A stretch of DNA of 61,089 nucleotides, the filler included. It is 6 parts of 6 records of this genome, joined end to end, with 100 filler letters (N's around TTAATTAATTAA, not from the genome) between each part and the next. Parts side by side here need not be neighbours in the genome. Positions count along the whole stretch, not along the records: positions 29,284 to 45,144 come from SRR31147125_43295; 5 more parts are not named here. One strand, written 5' to 3'. Shown here in pieces: positions 31,168-41,724 of this stretch. Positions within the stretch are counted from its first letter, which is position 1. Each line of letters starts with the position of its first letter. Below the pieces are notes generated by a model that saw nothing but the letters and a program-made list of their open reading frames with translations, was not told the DNA's origin and did no database searches. The position numbers and the translations under genes are program-made.

Positions 31168-31715
31168 TTATGATAGGATGAACGGTAGTTTTTCAAGATC
31201 TTCCTCGGCAATCTCCACACCGGCAAATTGTCCCAATGCTTCGATGCGGATAATGACGCGATCTTTGCCTTTGTAGTTGATAAATTCGCCCTTGGCACCG
31301 GACAAGGGGCCATTGACAACCATAACAGGATCTCCTTTTTTAACGACGGACCTGCATTTCCGGTAATGATTTCCGTATTGGTGCCGGTGATGATTTTCAA
31401 TGACTCGATATGGGTGTCCGGGATCGGAATCGGCCCTCGACTTGCCCCAAGAAGCCTCACGGCTCCTACGGTTTTGAGTACGGTCAACTGCTCTCTTGGA
31501 TCTTTAGATATATGAACAAACGTATAGCCCGGAAAGAGAGGGACATCAATCATCTTGTGTCGGTCTTTTCGTTTGCTTTTGACTTTAATTTTGGGCAGAA
31601 ACACCGGGATGGATTTTTTGTCCACCATTTCTGTTACAATATTTTCAAAACGACTTCGGGTCAGCAGGGCAAACCACTCTTTCTTGAAGGACATTGAGGA
31701 ATTTTGTACTCCCAT
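31168..31715 (-). CDS. NusG paralog (UpxY/LoaP-like antiterminator), apparent indel in A run near 31335
   Basis: WFALLTRSRFE, VPLFPGYTFV, VLKTVGAVRLLG (NGN domain). Shifting frame restores the KOW domain: KKGDPVMVVNGPLSGAKGEF...RVIIRIEALGQFAGVEI...LPFILS* (stop 31168-70). Confidence 0.85.
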
Positions 31716-31727
31716 TTAATGAAGATC

Positions 31728-34326
31728 TTAATCAAACTCTCCGATGCCGTGGAGATTGACCATGAATGAAAAAGCACGGTCATTAGGTGTGTCGGAATAA
31801 GCCATCCTGAATGACCAGCATGGTCTGGTGACATGGATGCCGGCCATGGATTCTATGGTTTCACTGGTCAATAGATTTTGCTCATAGACGGCAAATGCGC
31901 TCACATGGGTAGAAAGTTTTGTCTGCAAGCGGGTGTATAAAGACTCGGATGTGGATCGATCATAGCCGTAACGTGCGTAGAGAGAGTCTCCTCTTGGATT
32001 TCTCAAGGAAAGGTTGGTATTGCATGAGTTGAATCGATTGTCGTAGGGAGACCACTTTAAATCACTTTTCAATGTAAAAAAAGAGAGAGGGCTTAACTCG
32101 ATTTCTGCGGAGATGTCTGAAAATCGGCGAGATGCTCTGCTGTCTGTGTTTTCATTCAAAATGGTTGAATCGGTAAGAAAATCCAACGAGCTACCGTCAT
32201 CCGGGTCAAGCGCATAGCTTTGACTCAATTCTATCCATGCAAACTCCCGATAGATCGGCGTGGGGGATACGAGGGCTTCGTTGAGTGTGTCGGTGCCGCT
32301 GATGGCGGTAGTTTTGGCGTTGACATGCTGTGGCAAGGATGAAGAAACGCCAACGCTCTTTGTCGTATGATTATCCGGGGCATAAGAAGGATAATTCAAT
32401 GGAGAGTCCGCTGCTTGGGAATTAAAGTTGCTATTGAGACTGTTTTTTTTGGGGGGAGCGGCAGTTTTTGGCTTATTAAGGTTGTTTTTCTGGAAGTAAG
32501 ACGGCTTGTCAGTGTCCAGGTGACATGATTTCGATTTTCAATTAAATCAAGGCTGTCAAATGTGGGAAACTTGTTTTGATCGACATCCGGGATGTATTCG
32601 TATTCAAGTTTGGGAATTATTTCGTGTTTTATTTTTTCTGCAAAACGATTGTTGGGATTGAAGATTTTTGAAAGGGTTGTCGAGAGAGCGACATTGATAT
32701 CCGCCATCTCTCTATGGCTGAAATAATTATCAAAACCGTCGTTGTTGGGGGATAAATCGGTCGTGCCGCCTACTACGTCATTATAGGTTTCATTGGGATC
32801 AGCATACCATAGGGTTTGTCTGTATCCGATTGAGGGTTCCAGAAAAAAAGCGTTGTTTCGGATGGGTAGGGAAACGGATGAATGGATGTCACTTCTATGG
32901 CCGGTGGTGAGTGTTGAAGAAATCTGTGTTAAGTCAGTCTCATTCAATTCATCGGCAAGATCTTTCGAAGTGTTTTTTCTGTAGAAATATGCATATTCTG
33001 CATCTAAATCAAAATAGAAAGGATAGTTGCCGATTTTTTGTTTGACGGTATTGAGTTCAATATTGGGAAGACGTTGGAGGGTGGTATCTTGGGTCTTTGC
33101 GATATCTTCGACATCAATGAATCCATTTTCAGCATCTTCGGCAGAAAATTGCCTGGCAAAAACATTGTCGAACCAAATGAGACCCATGTTCAATGTTGTG
33201 GCGGACCACATCCGGTTGACGTTGAAACTATTTTTTCGGATGGTGTCATCATACTCATCGATGCCCCTTCCAAAGTCCTCTTTAAACGTCGTGCGGGTTT
33301 GTGTGTAGCCGGTGTAACCGCTTTTGAATTCATGAAGATAGTCGGCATCACTGACGTAGTCGATATCCAGTGTCGACGACCAGTCTTCATTCAGTTGATG
33401 ATTCCCTTTCATTCTGAGCCAGTAGCGGTCGTGATTGAACCGTTGCCGGTTGGTAACCACCTTAAAGTCGGAGGTGGCTGAGGTTCCGTCATATATTTCT
33501 CGATCATGCAGATAATCATATTGCATCGTCCCTTTGCTTTCATCATCCCATATATATCGAAACTCCCCCCGACTTTGGCTCCCCGCTTGTGCATGTAGTG
33601 ACTGTAGATGGTGGCGTCCATGTGGCCGGAAAGAGCTAAAAAAAGCGGCTGTTCGATCTCAAATCCTTTTCTGTCCGAAGATGAAATCCTGGGTGTCAAG
33701 AGTCCGGTTTGTCTTTTGTTTTTTACGGGAAATGCCACTATAGGCGCATAAAGTGCGGGAATGTTACGGGCCCAGAATGTGGCATTTTTAGCCACGCCAT
33801 ACCCTTCGATGGTGACACGAATGTCTTTGGCGGAAACTTTCCAATCCGGCGTATCTCCGGGGCAAGAGGTGAGAGATGCCTGATCTGCTTCATAGGTCAG
33901 CTTTCCGGTTTTTCGGATGGTGTCTCCATGGATGTAGAAATTGTTTTCTTCAATAAAGACAACGCCGTTATAAAGCGTACCGGTTTCCTTTTCAAGATTG
34001 AAGTGTAATGCATCGCATTGAATGAGGTCCTTGCCGGATTTCAGCAAAACATTTCCGGATGCTTCCACATCTCGAGTGGCGTTTGAATATTCCACATAGT
34101 CGGCTTGAAGACGGATGTTTCCACCACTGACTACGACACCGTTTTCCGCAATATATAGTTCTCTTTCATTGTCGTAACTTACTTTGACTGCTGAGATGTG
34201 CCACGAATCAATCGGGCTGACGGCGGGGGACGCAAACACGGAGCTCATGGACAAAAAAAGGAATGATAGACGGATCACTGCTCGGCTTGCAAAAGCAAAG
34301 ACAGATTGGGATTTTAAGGATTGCAT
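31728..34326 (-). CDS. lptD: LPS-assembly protein LptD, split into three ORFs by apparent indels
   Basis: OstA-like N-terminus (WHISAVKVSYD, LQADYV, TSCPGDTPDW, KRQTGLLTP); barrel motifs (DIDYVSDADY, TTLQRLP, KIKHEIIP); C-terminal CWSF...FSFMVNLHGIG. Confidence 0.88.
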
Positions 34327-34596
34327 TTGAGCTTTTCCATTGATATGAATCGTTTCGGAGTGTTTATTGGGCTTGAAGATTGATTTTGATGTGTAATTTT
34401 ATTCTGAGGATTATTGGCGTGATATTACGCATTGCACCAAATTTTGATGCGTATGAGATAAGTTGCTGTATAAAGCCATTTTGTGGATTATTTGTCAAGC
34501 AATGAAACTCCTGAAAACAATGCGGAAAAATTTTCATGTTTGATAGGGTTAACAGGTAAAATTGAGCGAAAGCCCATGTTATTTTGAAAGGGATCT

Positions 34597-35363
34597 ATGT
34601 TTATTACGTTGGAAGGTGTGGAAGGATCGGGTAAGACAACTCAGATGGGGGCAATCGCTCAGTTTTTAGAAGAAAATGGGCATGATGTCCTTTTAACACG
34701 TGAGCCGGGGGCTACACATACCGGTCAAAAAATTCGATCCATTCTTTTGGACCCTGACAATGACTCCATCTCGCCACTTTGTGAGTTGTTGCTCTATGGC
34801 GCAGATCGGGCCCAGCATTTAGATGAAGTGGTTCTGCCGGCGCTACGAAGTGGAAGAACCGTACTGTGTGATCGGTTTGCCGATGCGACGACCGCGTATC
34901 AAGGGGTTGCCCGAGGTCTTGATATGGCTTTGATAGACAATATCCATACCATTGTGGCCGGTCGAAAAAATGAGCGCGTTTCACTAAATGCCAATGGCTC
35001 AAATGCGGAAGGACATGGAAACTCAGTTAATTTCAATGCCACGGATTTTGATGGACGATTTTCCGGAGTTTCGGAATCGAATGTCACTGTTTGTAAGCCC
35101 GATGTGACGATTCTATTTGACATAGATCCCCTTCTAGGACTCCAAAGGACCTTTGACGCCATCGATCAAGGGAAAGGGCTCACAATGAGTCTCGTTTTGA
35201 GCAAGAGGCATTGGCATTTCATAAACGAGTTCGTCATGGCTACTTAGAAATAGCCAAGCAAGACCCTGAGCGTTTTATTATAATAGACGCATCGTTACCG
35301 AAACAATCCGTTTTTGAGGAAGTTGTTTCAAAGCTCGGAAAATTTGTTTTGCACATGACATGA
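34597..35363 (+). CDS. tmk: Thymidylate kinase with internal ~43-aa insertion, apparent indel near 35170
   Basis: FITLEGVEGSGKTTQ, TREPG, ELLLYGADRAQH, LCDRFADATTAYQG, KPDVTILFD. The shifted frame gives SRFEQEALAFHKRVRHGYLEIA...IIDAS...* at 35363. Confidence 0.92.
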
Positions 35364-35391
35364 AACGCATTTTGTAAATGTAGGAATATAA

Positions 35392-37831
35392 ATGAGTTAT
35401 TCAATATTAGATGCCATCGGTAATACACCACTGGTTGAGATTGAACATCTTAACCCAAATTCGGAAGTAAGAATTCTTGCCAAGCTGGAGTATCTTAACC
35501 CCGGGGGGTCGATAAAGGATCGGGCCGCACTCTCCATGATTGAACAGGCAGAGAGACAAGGAGAGTTGACAAAAGACAAAATTGTCGTCGAGGCGACCAG
35601 TGGGAATACCGGCATTGGCCTTGCCATGATTTGCTCAGTGAAGGGGTATCGACTATTACTTGCCATGTCCGAGTCCGCCAGTGAAGAGCGAAAGCGGATT
35701 CTCAGAGCCAGGGGGGCGGAAATACTGCTGACCCCTGGCCATAAAGGGTCGGATGGCGCGATTGAAGAAGCTTATCGGTTGGGACGGGAGAACCCCGATA
35801 AATATTTTTTGACGGATCAGTACAACAATGAAGCCAACTGGCTCGCCCATTACAACACCACAGCCGTGGAAATTTGGGAGCAAACCCACGGCACCGTCAA
35901 TATGTTGGTCGCCACCCTTGGGACCAGTGGCACCTTGATGGGGCTCTCCAGAAGACTGAAAGAGTTCAACCCCGAAATCCGAATCATTGGAGCCGAACCG
36001 TTTTTGGGGCACGCTATTCAGGGGCTGAAAAACATGAAAGAGTCTTACCAGCCTGATATCTTCGATAAAAAGCGCCTTGATGAAAAGGTGAATATTGAAG
36101 ATGACCTTGCCTTTGAGACGGCACGGCGACTGGCAAAAGAAGAAGGGCTATTTGTGGGGATGAGTAGTGGCGCTGCCATGGCCGTTGCACTGCAACAGGC
36201 GGAAAAGTTAGACAAAGGAACGATTGTCGTTATTTTACCGGACAGTGGTGAACGTTATCTGACCACCTCTCTTTTTACCGTCAAAGACTCCATTCAGTTG
36301 GATCTCTACAACGCAGTAGAGAAAAAAACATCCGATTTGAGCCCCTGGAGCAAGGAAAAGTCTCTGTATATACATGCGGGCCTACCGTAGATAAATCATT
36401 GCATGTCGGGAAATATCGCAGGTTTGTCTCGGCGGATCTGCTCTGTAGGTACTTGGAATATCGGAATCTGAAGGTCAATCATGTGGTGAATATCACTGAT
36501 TTGGATGACAACACCATTCGGGGATCGGAGCAGGCTGGACAATCCCTGAAAGAATTCACCAGTGCGAACCTGGATCGTTTTAAATCCGAGTTGCAACAAC
36601 TCGATATCCGGGAAGCCCAATCGTATCCCAGAGTGAGTGAGCATGTCGAAGAGATGGTCCGTTTGGCGTCCACCTTGGCGGACAAGGGCGTTGCTTATGA
36701 GAAGCTCAACTCTCTTTACTTTAATTTATCCGCAGTTTCTTCCTATGGCTCTCTTTCAGGGGTGGATATCGATAAAATAAAGTTGGGAGCTACGGTGGAT
36801 CTGGATGACTATGAAAAGGACAATCCCAGAGACTTTACACTCCTCAAACGGGTGGGACTGTCCGAATTGAAGCGAGGATTGTGCGTGAATACCCGATGGG
36901 GGAATGTGCGCCCCTCTCTTCACCTTCAATGCGCTGCACTGTCAACGACTTACTTGGGAGCTCAGTTCGATATCCATACCGGTAGTCGCGAGCTGGTGTT
37001 TCCCCATCATGAAAACGAGGTGGCCATTTCACTTGCAGCCACCGGAAAAGAGCCGGCAAGATATTGGATGCATTGTGATGCCGTTCATTATGACGGAACT
37101 CTTGGGGCGGAATCTCTGGATGCACTGACATTATCCGAACTGTTGGAGATGGGGTGGTCAAGTCGGGCAGTTCGATTCTGGTTGCTTTCAACACATTACA
37201 GAAAGTCCCTGATTTTATCAAAAAAGGCGCTGGAAGATGCCGATCGTTCCCTGATAAAGCTGGATAGGTGCATTGCCGCCTTAATGGCGGTTGTGGATTT
37301 CGGTGATAAAAAGCCGAAAATTGAATTGGATAAACCAGATGAAATCAGTGAAGATGGGGCGGTTTTGACAAGTGGGGGCGTTTCAACAAAAAAAGCGGAA
37401 ACAGAAGATAAGAACGCCTCGACCGGGGGGAACTTGATTCGACTGTCTCTACGACAAGTGACCCTTCCCTATCGGATCTAGATCAGTTGCTTTATGATTT
37501 GAAACAAGGTTTTAGCACGGCAATGGATGATGATTTCAAAGTATCCGCTCTTTTTTCATCACTATTTCGATCTGTGAGAGAGATTAACCGAATGATAGGT
37601 GCAACGAAGATCGACTCAAATGGGGCCAAGGTTATTCTTGACTATTTTAAAGAGATCGATTCGGTTTTAAGAGTTTTTGATTTCGGGGCTTCACAAACGC
37701 CATCTATTGAGGCGCAGGATCTTTTGGATAGACGGATGAAAGCCAGAAGGGAAAAGAACTGGGAAGAAGCAGACAAACTTAGGAATGCGCTTATTGATAT
37801 GGGCGTTGAAATTCATGATGAAAAAGTATGA
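35392..37831 (+). CDS. Cysteine synthase (CysK/CysM, PLP) fused to a cysteinyl-tRNA-synthetase-like region; ~813 aa after correcting two homopolymer indels
   Basis: N-part: IGNTPLV, NPGGSIKDR, EATSGNTG, GTSGT, GMSSGA, PDSGERYL. Adding one A at 36322-28 gives ...LDLYNAVEKKNIRFEPLEQGKVSVYTCGPTV..LHVG..., then NITDLDD, FPHHENE, STHYRKSL. Adding one G at 37425-30 joins AMDDDF and the ARREKNWEEADKLRNAL anticodon-binding region. Confidence 0.85.
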
Positions 37832-37935
37832 CTGTGTTTGTTGGTGCTGAGTAATTTGGGTAGCACAGTATATAAGGTTTTGTAAATATTAACAATTTTA
37901 TTTGGTATCGATAGTTGTAAAAATGGTGTAAAAAT

Positions 37936-39012
37936 ATGCATATACTTACGTCTCCACTTTTTTTCCCTTTCACTGTATTGACTGGAACGGATGCGCTCAT
38001 TCTCTCGTTACTTTTTCAGAAAATTGATTGGTTGAGCACGGAATCTTCCGCAGAGAGGTCGATATCAAAACTTAATTTGAATGAAGTCGATACGGACCAT
38101 CAGGAAGGGGAAGAGCGGTTTTTTCCATTGGTTATTCCTGAAAAGCTATTAGGTAAAATATCTGCCTCACTTGCCGGGTATAAAGAGTGGGCCACCTTAA
38201 ACAAAGGTGCGGGAAAGGGATATTTAAAATCAACAGTACGAGAAAATCCCTACTTTACCAGCGATACGGATATCTCAGCAATTCAGTATCAAATAGTAAA
38301 AAATATAAAAAATCATTCGGATGTTTTGCAAAATAATGACCTATCAGGTGTGGGGCAGGATGGGCTGGATGCAAATTTTGATGAACTTCCACAGACACTT
38401 CAAAAATCACTGCTCTTTCTTCGATTGGCGCACCAATCGGATTTGGAGCAGGAACTATTGGATCACCAACTGGAGTTGATCAATGCTTCCGAAGCAGATC
38501 TGTTTTCCCAATTGAAGGGGCAGGCGGATTTGCCGGCTTATTCAAGTGGCGGATTTGCTTCCAAGGATAAAGGCGCGCTTATGACGGAAGAGCGTTTAAA
38601 TGCGTGGTCGGCAGTCATGAAACAGCAAAAAATGGACGGTTCAAATCCGCTACTGGTGACGACAAGCCCCGCCGTTGTTAATTTTTTAAACTCCGTCAGT
38701 GAAAAGAGTAAATTGATCCTTGACATCGATCCCATTAAAGTGCACAAAGAAACGTGTTCGCTTAAAGATCAATGGCAGGAAAATTTTTATAGAGCACTGG
38801 AAATCGCGATCCGGGGCGGTGAGTGGCAATTGGGAAGAGAAGTTGCTGCAGATGCCTGTTGTCAAACACAAGTGGATTTGAAGCTCTATCTTCTATCCGG
38901 TGAACATGTGCAAAGATTACTCCGGTTCTCTCAACCGGATGATCATGAAATTGAATTGACCCAGAGCAGCGGGGAGCAGATTCCCGTGCTTCTGGTTGAT
39001 GTAAAAAAATAA
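37936..39012 (+). CDS. Hypothetical protein
   Basis: 358-aa ORF, co-oriented with neighbours; no motif recognised. Confidence 0.7.
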   Translation: MHILTSPLFFPFTVLTGTDALILSLLFQKIDWLSTESSAERSISKLNLNEVDTDHQEGEERFFPLVIPEKLLGKISASLAGYKEWATLNKGAGKGYLKSTVRENPYFTSDTDISAIQYQIVKNIKNHSDVLQNNDLSGVGQDGLDANFDELPQTLQKSLLFLRLAHQSDLEQELLDHQLELINASEADLFSQLKGQADLPAYSSGGFASKDKGALMTEERLNAWSAVMKQQKMDGSNPLLVTTSPAVVNFLNSVSEKSKLILDIDPIKVHKETCSLKDQWQENFYRALEIAIRGGEWQLGREVAADACCQTQVDLKLYLLSGEHVQRLLRFSQPDDHEIELTQSSGEQIPVLLVDVKK

Positions 39013-39168
39013 AATGCTTGATTTGATCTTTAACCTGTTATAAAGGCGGTTTGACTGTTTTTATAGCAAATTTTTATTTTTTAACATGCAGGTTGATTGT
39101 CACCGGCATGGTGTGGTGTAGCCGAATATGGCTATGACCGTTTAATTTTTTCAGGAGGCTTTTTTAAA

Positions 39169-39357
39169 ATGGCTTTTAATCCTATTGTTGATGAAGCAAA
39201 ATGCGTTGGTTGCGAAGAGTGCGTAGATGTATGTCCCGTGGAAGTTTTCGAGATGGAAAACGAAAAATCTGTTGCTGTAAATGCAGAAGAGTGCATGGGC
39301 TGCGAGAGCTGCGTAGAAGTATGTGAAGAGAATGCAATCGTTATAGAAGAAGACTAA
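39169..39357 (+). CDS. 2x[4Fe-4S] ferredoxin
   Basis: AGGAGG RBS then MAFNPIVDEAKCVGCEECVDVCP...ECMGCESCVEVC; 62 aa. Confidence 0.95.
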   Translation: MAFNPIVDEAKCVGCEECVDVCPVEVFEMENEKSVAVNAEECMGCESCVEVCEENAIVIEED

Positions 39358-39381
39358 TTTTTTCTTATATTCGCATTTTTT

Positions 39382-39431
39382 AAACCCCTTTTTACACATT
39401 GCCGTTTGGTAAGATGTAAAAGGGGTTTTTT
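39382..39431 (+). terminator. Intrinsic terminator after ferredoxin
   Basis: AAACCCCTTTTTACA...TGTAAAAGGGGTTTTTT stem with T tail. Confidence 0.7.
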
Positions 39432-39576
39432 ATAGGCGCCGTTTGGAATGGGTTGATCCCTGTTTTTATAGTGGAAACCCAGGTGGTTTTTCACGTCCAT
39501 CCTGCCGAATTTGAGTATATTGTCGTTGATTTGAAGTTGCCAACCATTAACCAATCATGTTATTTCCATTTCAATT

Positions 39577-39909
39577 ATGAAACAATATGTTATTGACGGA
39601 CTTCGACTGGAAGATTTTGAAAAACTGAAAAACTATTTCGATGAGCGACTAGGGCCTCCATCCATTGGAACCATCTACTGGATTGAAATTCCGGATGAAT
39701 TGCTCAACGAAACTCAGTTGAAACACAAAGAATGCCGACCCCACTATTTTACAATAGAGTTGGATGAACAGCGACTTTCCTGTGAGTTTCTTGTCAGGAT
39801 CAAGAAAAATGTCAAATGTGATTGCATGGCCTATGCTGATCGTAAACAGAGGGAATGGGTCATGGATCTGATGGATGCCTTTCTGGAAGAGCTGGGGATA
39901 AGTATTTGA
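39577..39909 (+). CDS. Conserved-looking hypothetical protein with Cys/His motifs
   Basis: 110 aa; HKECRPHY, CEFLVR, KCDCMAYA. Confidence 0.7.
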   Translation: MKQYVIDGLRLEDFEKLKNYFDERLGPPSIGTIYWIEIPDELLNETQLKHKECRPHYFTIELDEQRLSCEFLVRIKKNVKCDCMAYADRKQREWVMDLMDAFLEELGISI

Positions 39910-39943
39910 TACCAATACAGGGTATCTGGGAGATGAGACGAGC

Positions 39944-41677
39944 ATGCTGAAAATCATACCCCTTGGCGGCTTGGGTGAAATTGGTTTGAATATGATGGTG
40001 GTGGAGTATGAAGATAGTCTATTCATCATTGACGCCGGACTGATGTTTCCTGAAGATTATATGCTGGGCGTTGATATTGTCATTCCGGAAATGGACTATG
40101 TCCGTCAGAACCGGGACAAAGTGAAAGGAATTGTTCTGACCCATGCCCATGAGGATCATATCGGCGCGGTACCCTATTTGCTCAGAGAAATGGCCGTCCC
40201 GGTATATGCCACGGCATTTACATTGAGTGTGGTGAAAAACAAGCTTAAAGAAGCCGACATTGCCCAACCCATCTCCTTTCATCAGGTGTTTCCCGGGGGG
40301 CGGCTCTCCATCGAGCCCTTTGAAATTGAGTTTATCCGAGTCAGCCACAGTACTGTCGACGGTGTCGGACTTGCCATTCGAACCCCGATGGGACTTGTGG
40401 TACATACCGGAGATTTCAAGATCAACCACTGCGTTGAAGAGTCCAATGTCACTGATATCTCCAGATTTGCACGTCTTGGCGAAGAGGGGGTGCTCGCTCT
40501 CTTTTCCGATTCCACAAATGTTGAAAGGGAGGGGTATACCGATTCCGATCAAAAGGTCGGCGAAGCTTTGTCTCAAATTGTCTCTGATAGTGAGGGCCGG
40601 GTGATCATTGCCTTGTTTGCATCCAATATTTTCAGGATTCAACAGATTGTCAATATTGCCGTGCACACGCGAAGAAAACTGGTGTTCAACGGGAGAAGTA
40701 TTGAGCAGACCGTTGCCGTGGCAAAAGAGCTTGGGTATCTTAAATTTCCGGACAGTATGGCGTTGGATGTGAAAAAAGTGGGGAATTATCCGGACTCTCA
40801 GCTCTTGATTGTCACCACCGGAAGCCAGGGGGAACCCATGTCGGCCTTGGCACGCATGGCGACCGGCTTTCATAAACAGGTGAATATCAAAAAGGGCGAT
40901 AGTGTTATTTTATCATCCAAGTCCATTCCCGGAAATGAAAAGGCAATATCCAATATCATCAATAACCTTTATCGGCGGGGAGCCCGTGTGGTTTACGATA
41001 AAATAGCTCAAGTGCATGTGTCCGGTCATGCGTGTCAAGAAGAGCTCAAGTTGATGATCAATCTGACCCGTCCGGATTACTTTATCCCCATTCATGGAGA
41101 ATACCGTCATCTGGTTACCCATGCCCGTCTTGCAGAGAAACTGGGCTGGCCACGGAATCATGTGCTGCTGGCTGAAAACGGCAATGTCATCACCTTTGAA
41201 AAAGATACATCCGTATCCGTAGAGGATAACGCTGGGAAAAGGGAAAAAATCGTCACTTCTTTTCCGGGAAATCAAACGGTTTCCACAGTAAAAGGGTGGA
41301 TTGGAGACAGTGTCACGACAGGACGCGTATTGATTGATGGTAAAGGTATTGGTGATGTGGGGCGAAGTGTCTTGAAAGAGCGCAGAAACCTGTCGGAAGA
41401 TGGACTTGTCGTGGTTTCCATGATCATTGATGAAGAGACCGGCATTGTTCTCTATGGTCCGGAGTTGATTTCCAAAGGATTTGTCTTTGGTGCCGAGACC
41501 GGTTATTTGGTGGATGATGCGCAATGCGTGATTCTCGAGATCGTTGAAGAGATCGAGGCCGGTGCGGAATCCAGAGTGGAACAGATTCGATCTAGACTCC
41601 AAAAGGCATTGAAACAGTATTTCTTTTTTACCATTAGACGGCGTCCGGTTATTCTGCCGATCATCATTGAGGTGTAG
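39944..41677 (+). CDS. rnj: Ribonuclease J
   Basis: IIPLGGLGEIGLNM, LTHAHEDHIG, HTGDFK, DSTN, TGSQGEPMSAL, HVSGHA, PIHGEYRH, RRPVILPII. Confidence 0.97.
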   Translation: MLKIIPLGGLGEIGLNMMVVEYEDSLFIIDAGLMFPEDYMLGVDIVIPEMDYVRQNRDKVKGIVLTHAHEDHIGAVPYLLREMAVPVYATAFTLSVVKNKLKEADIAQPISFHQVFPGGRLSIEPFEIEFIRVSHSTVDGVGLAIRTPMGLVVHTGDFKINHCVEESNVTDISRFARLGEEGVLALFSDSTNVEREGYTDSDQKVGEALSQIVSDSEGRVIIALFASNIFRIQQIVNIAVHTRRKLVFNGRSIEQTVAVAKELGYLKFPDSMALDVKKVGNYPDSQLLIVTTGSQGEPMSALARMATGFHKQVNIKKGDSVILSSKSIPGNEKAISNIINNLYRRGARVVYDKIAQVHVSGHACQEELKLMINLTRPDYFIPIHGEYRHLVTHARLAEKLGWPRNHVLLAENGNVITFEKDTSVSVEDNAGKREKIVTSFPGNQTVSTVKGWIGDSVTTGRVLIDGKGIGDVGRSVLKERRNLSEDGLVVVSMIIDEETGIVLYGPELISKGFVFGAETGYLVDDAQCVILEIVEEIEAGAESRVEQIRSRLQKALKQYFFFTIRRRPVILPIIIEV

Positions 41678-41724
41678 AGCTGTCAACGTATTTTTGTTTC
41701 CCCTTGTTGAGATGATACTGTAGG

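Noticed and set aside
34963-35091. Intein in tmk (or in ftsK / CysRS inserts)
   Set aside because: Too short; no N-terminal Cys/Ser plus C-terminal His-Asn splice motifs.
36318-36332. Programmed -1 frameshift at GAG AAA AAA ACA regulating the cysteine synthase-CysRS fusion
   Set aside because: Cannot be excluded, but the same contig has many one-base homopolymer breaks in essential genes, so sequencing error is the simpler explanation.
6997-37831. Functional link between the selenoprotein cytochrome and the cysteine synthase-CysRS fusion
   Set aside because: They are on different contigs with different composition; no evidence they come from the same organism.
40019-41686. Long minus-strand ORFs of 284 and 257 aa
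   Set aside because: Antisense shadows of rnj.
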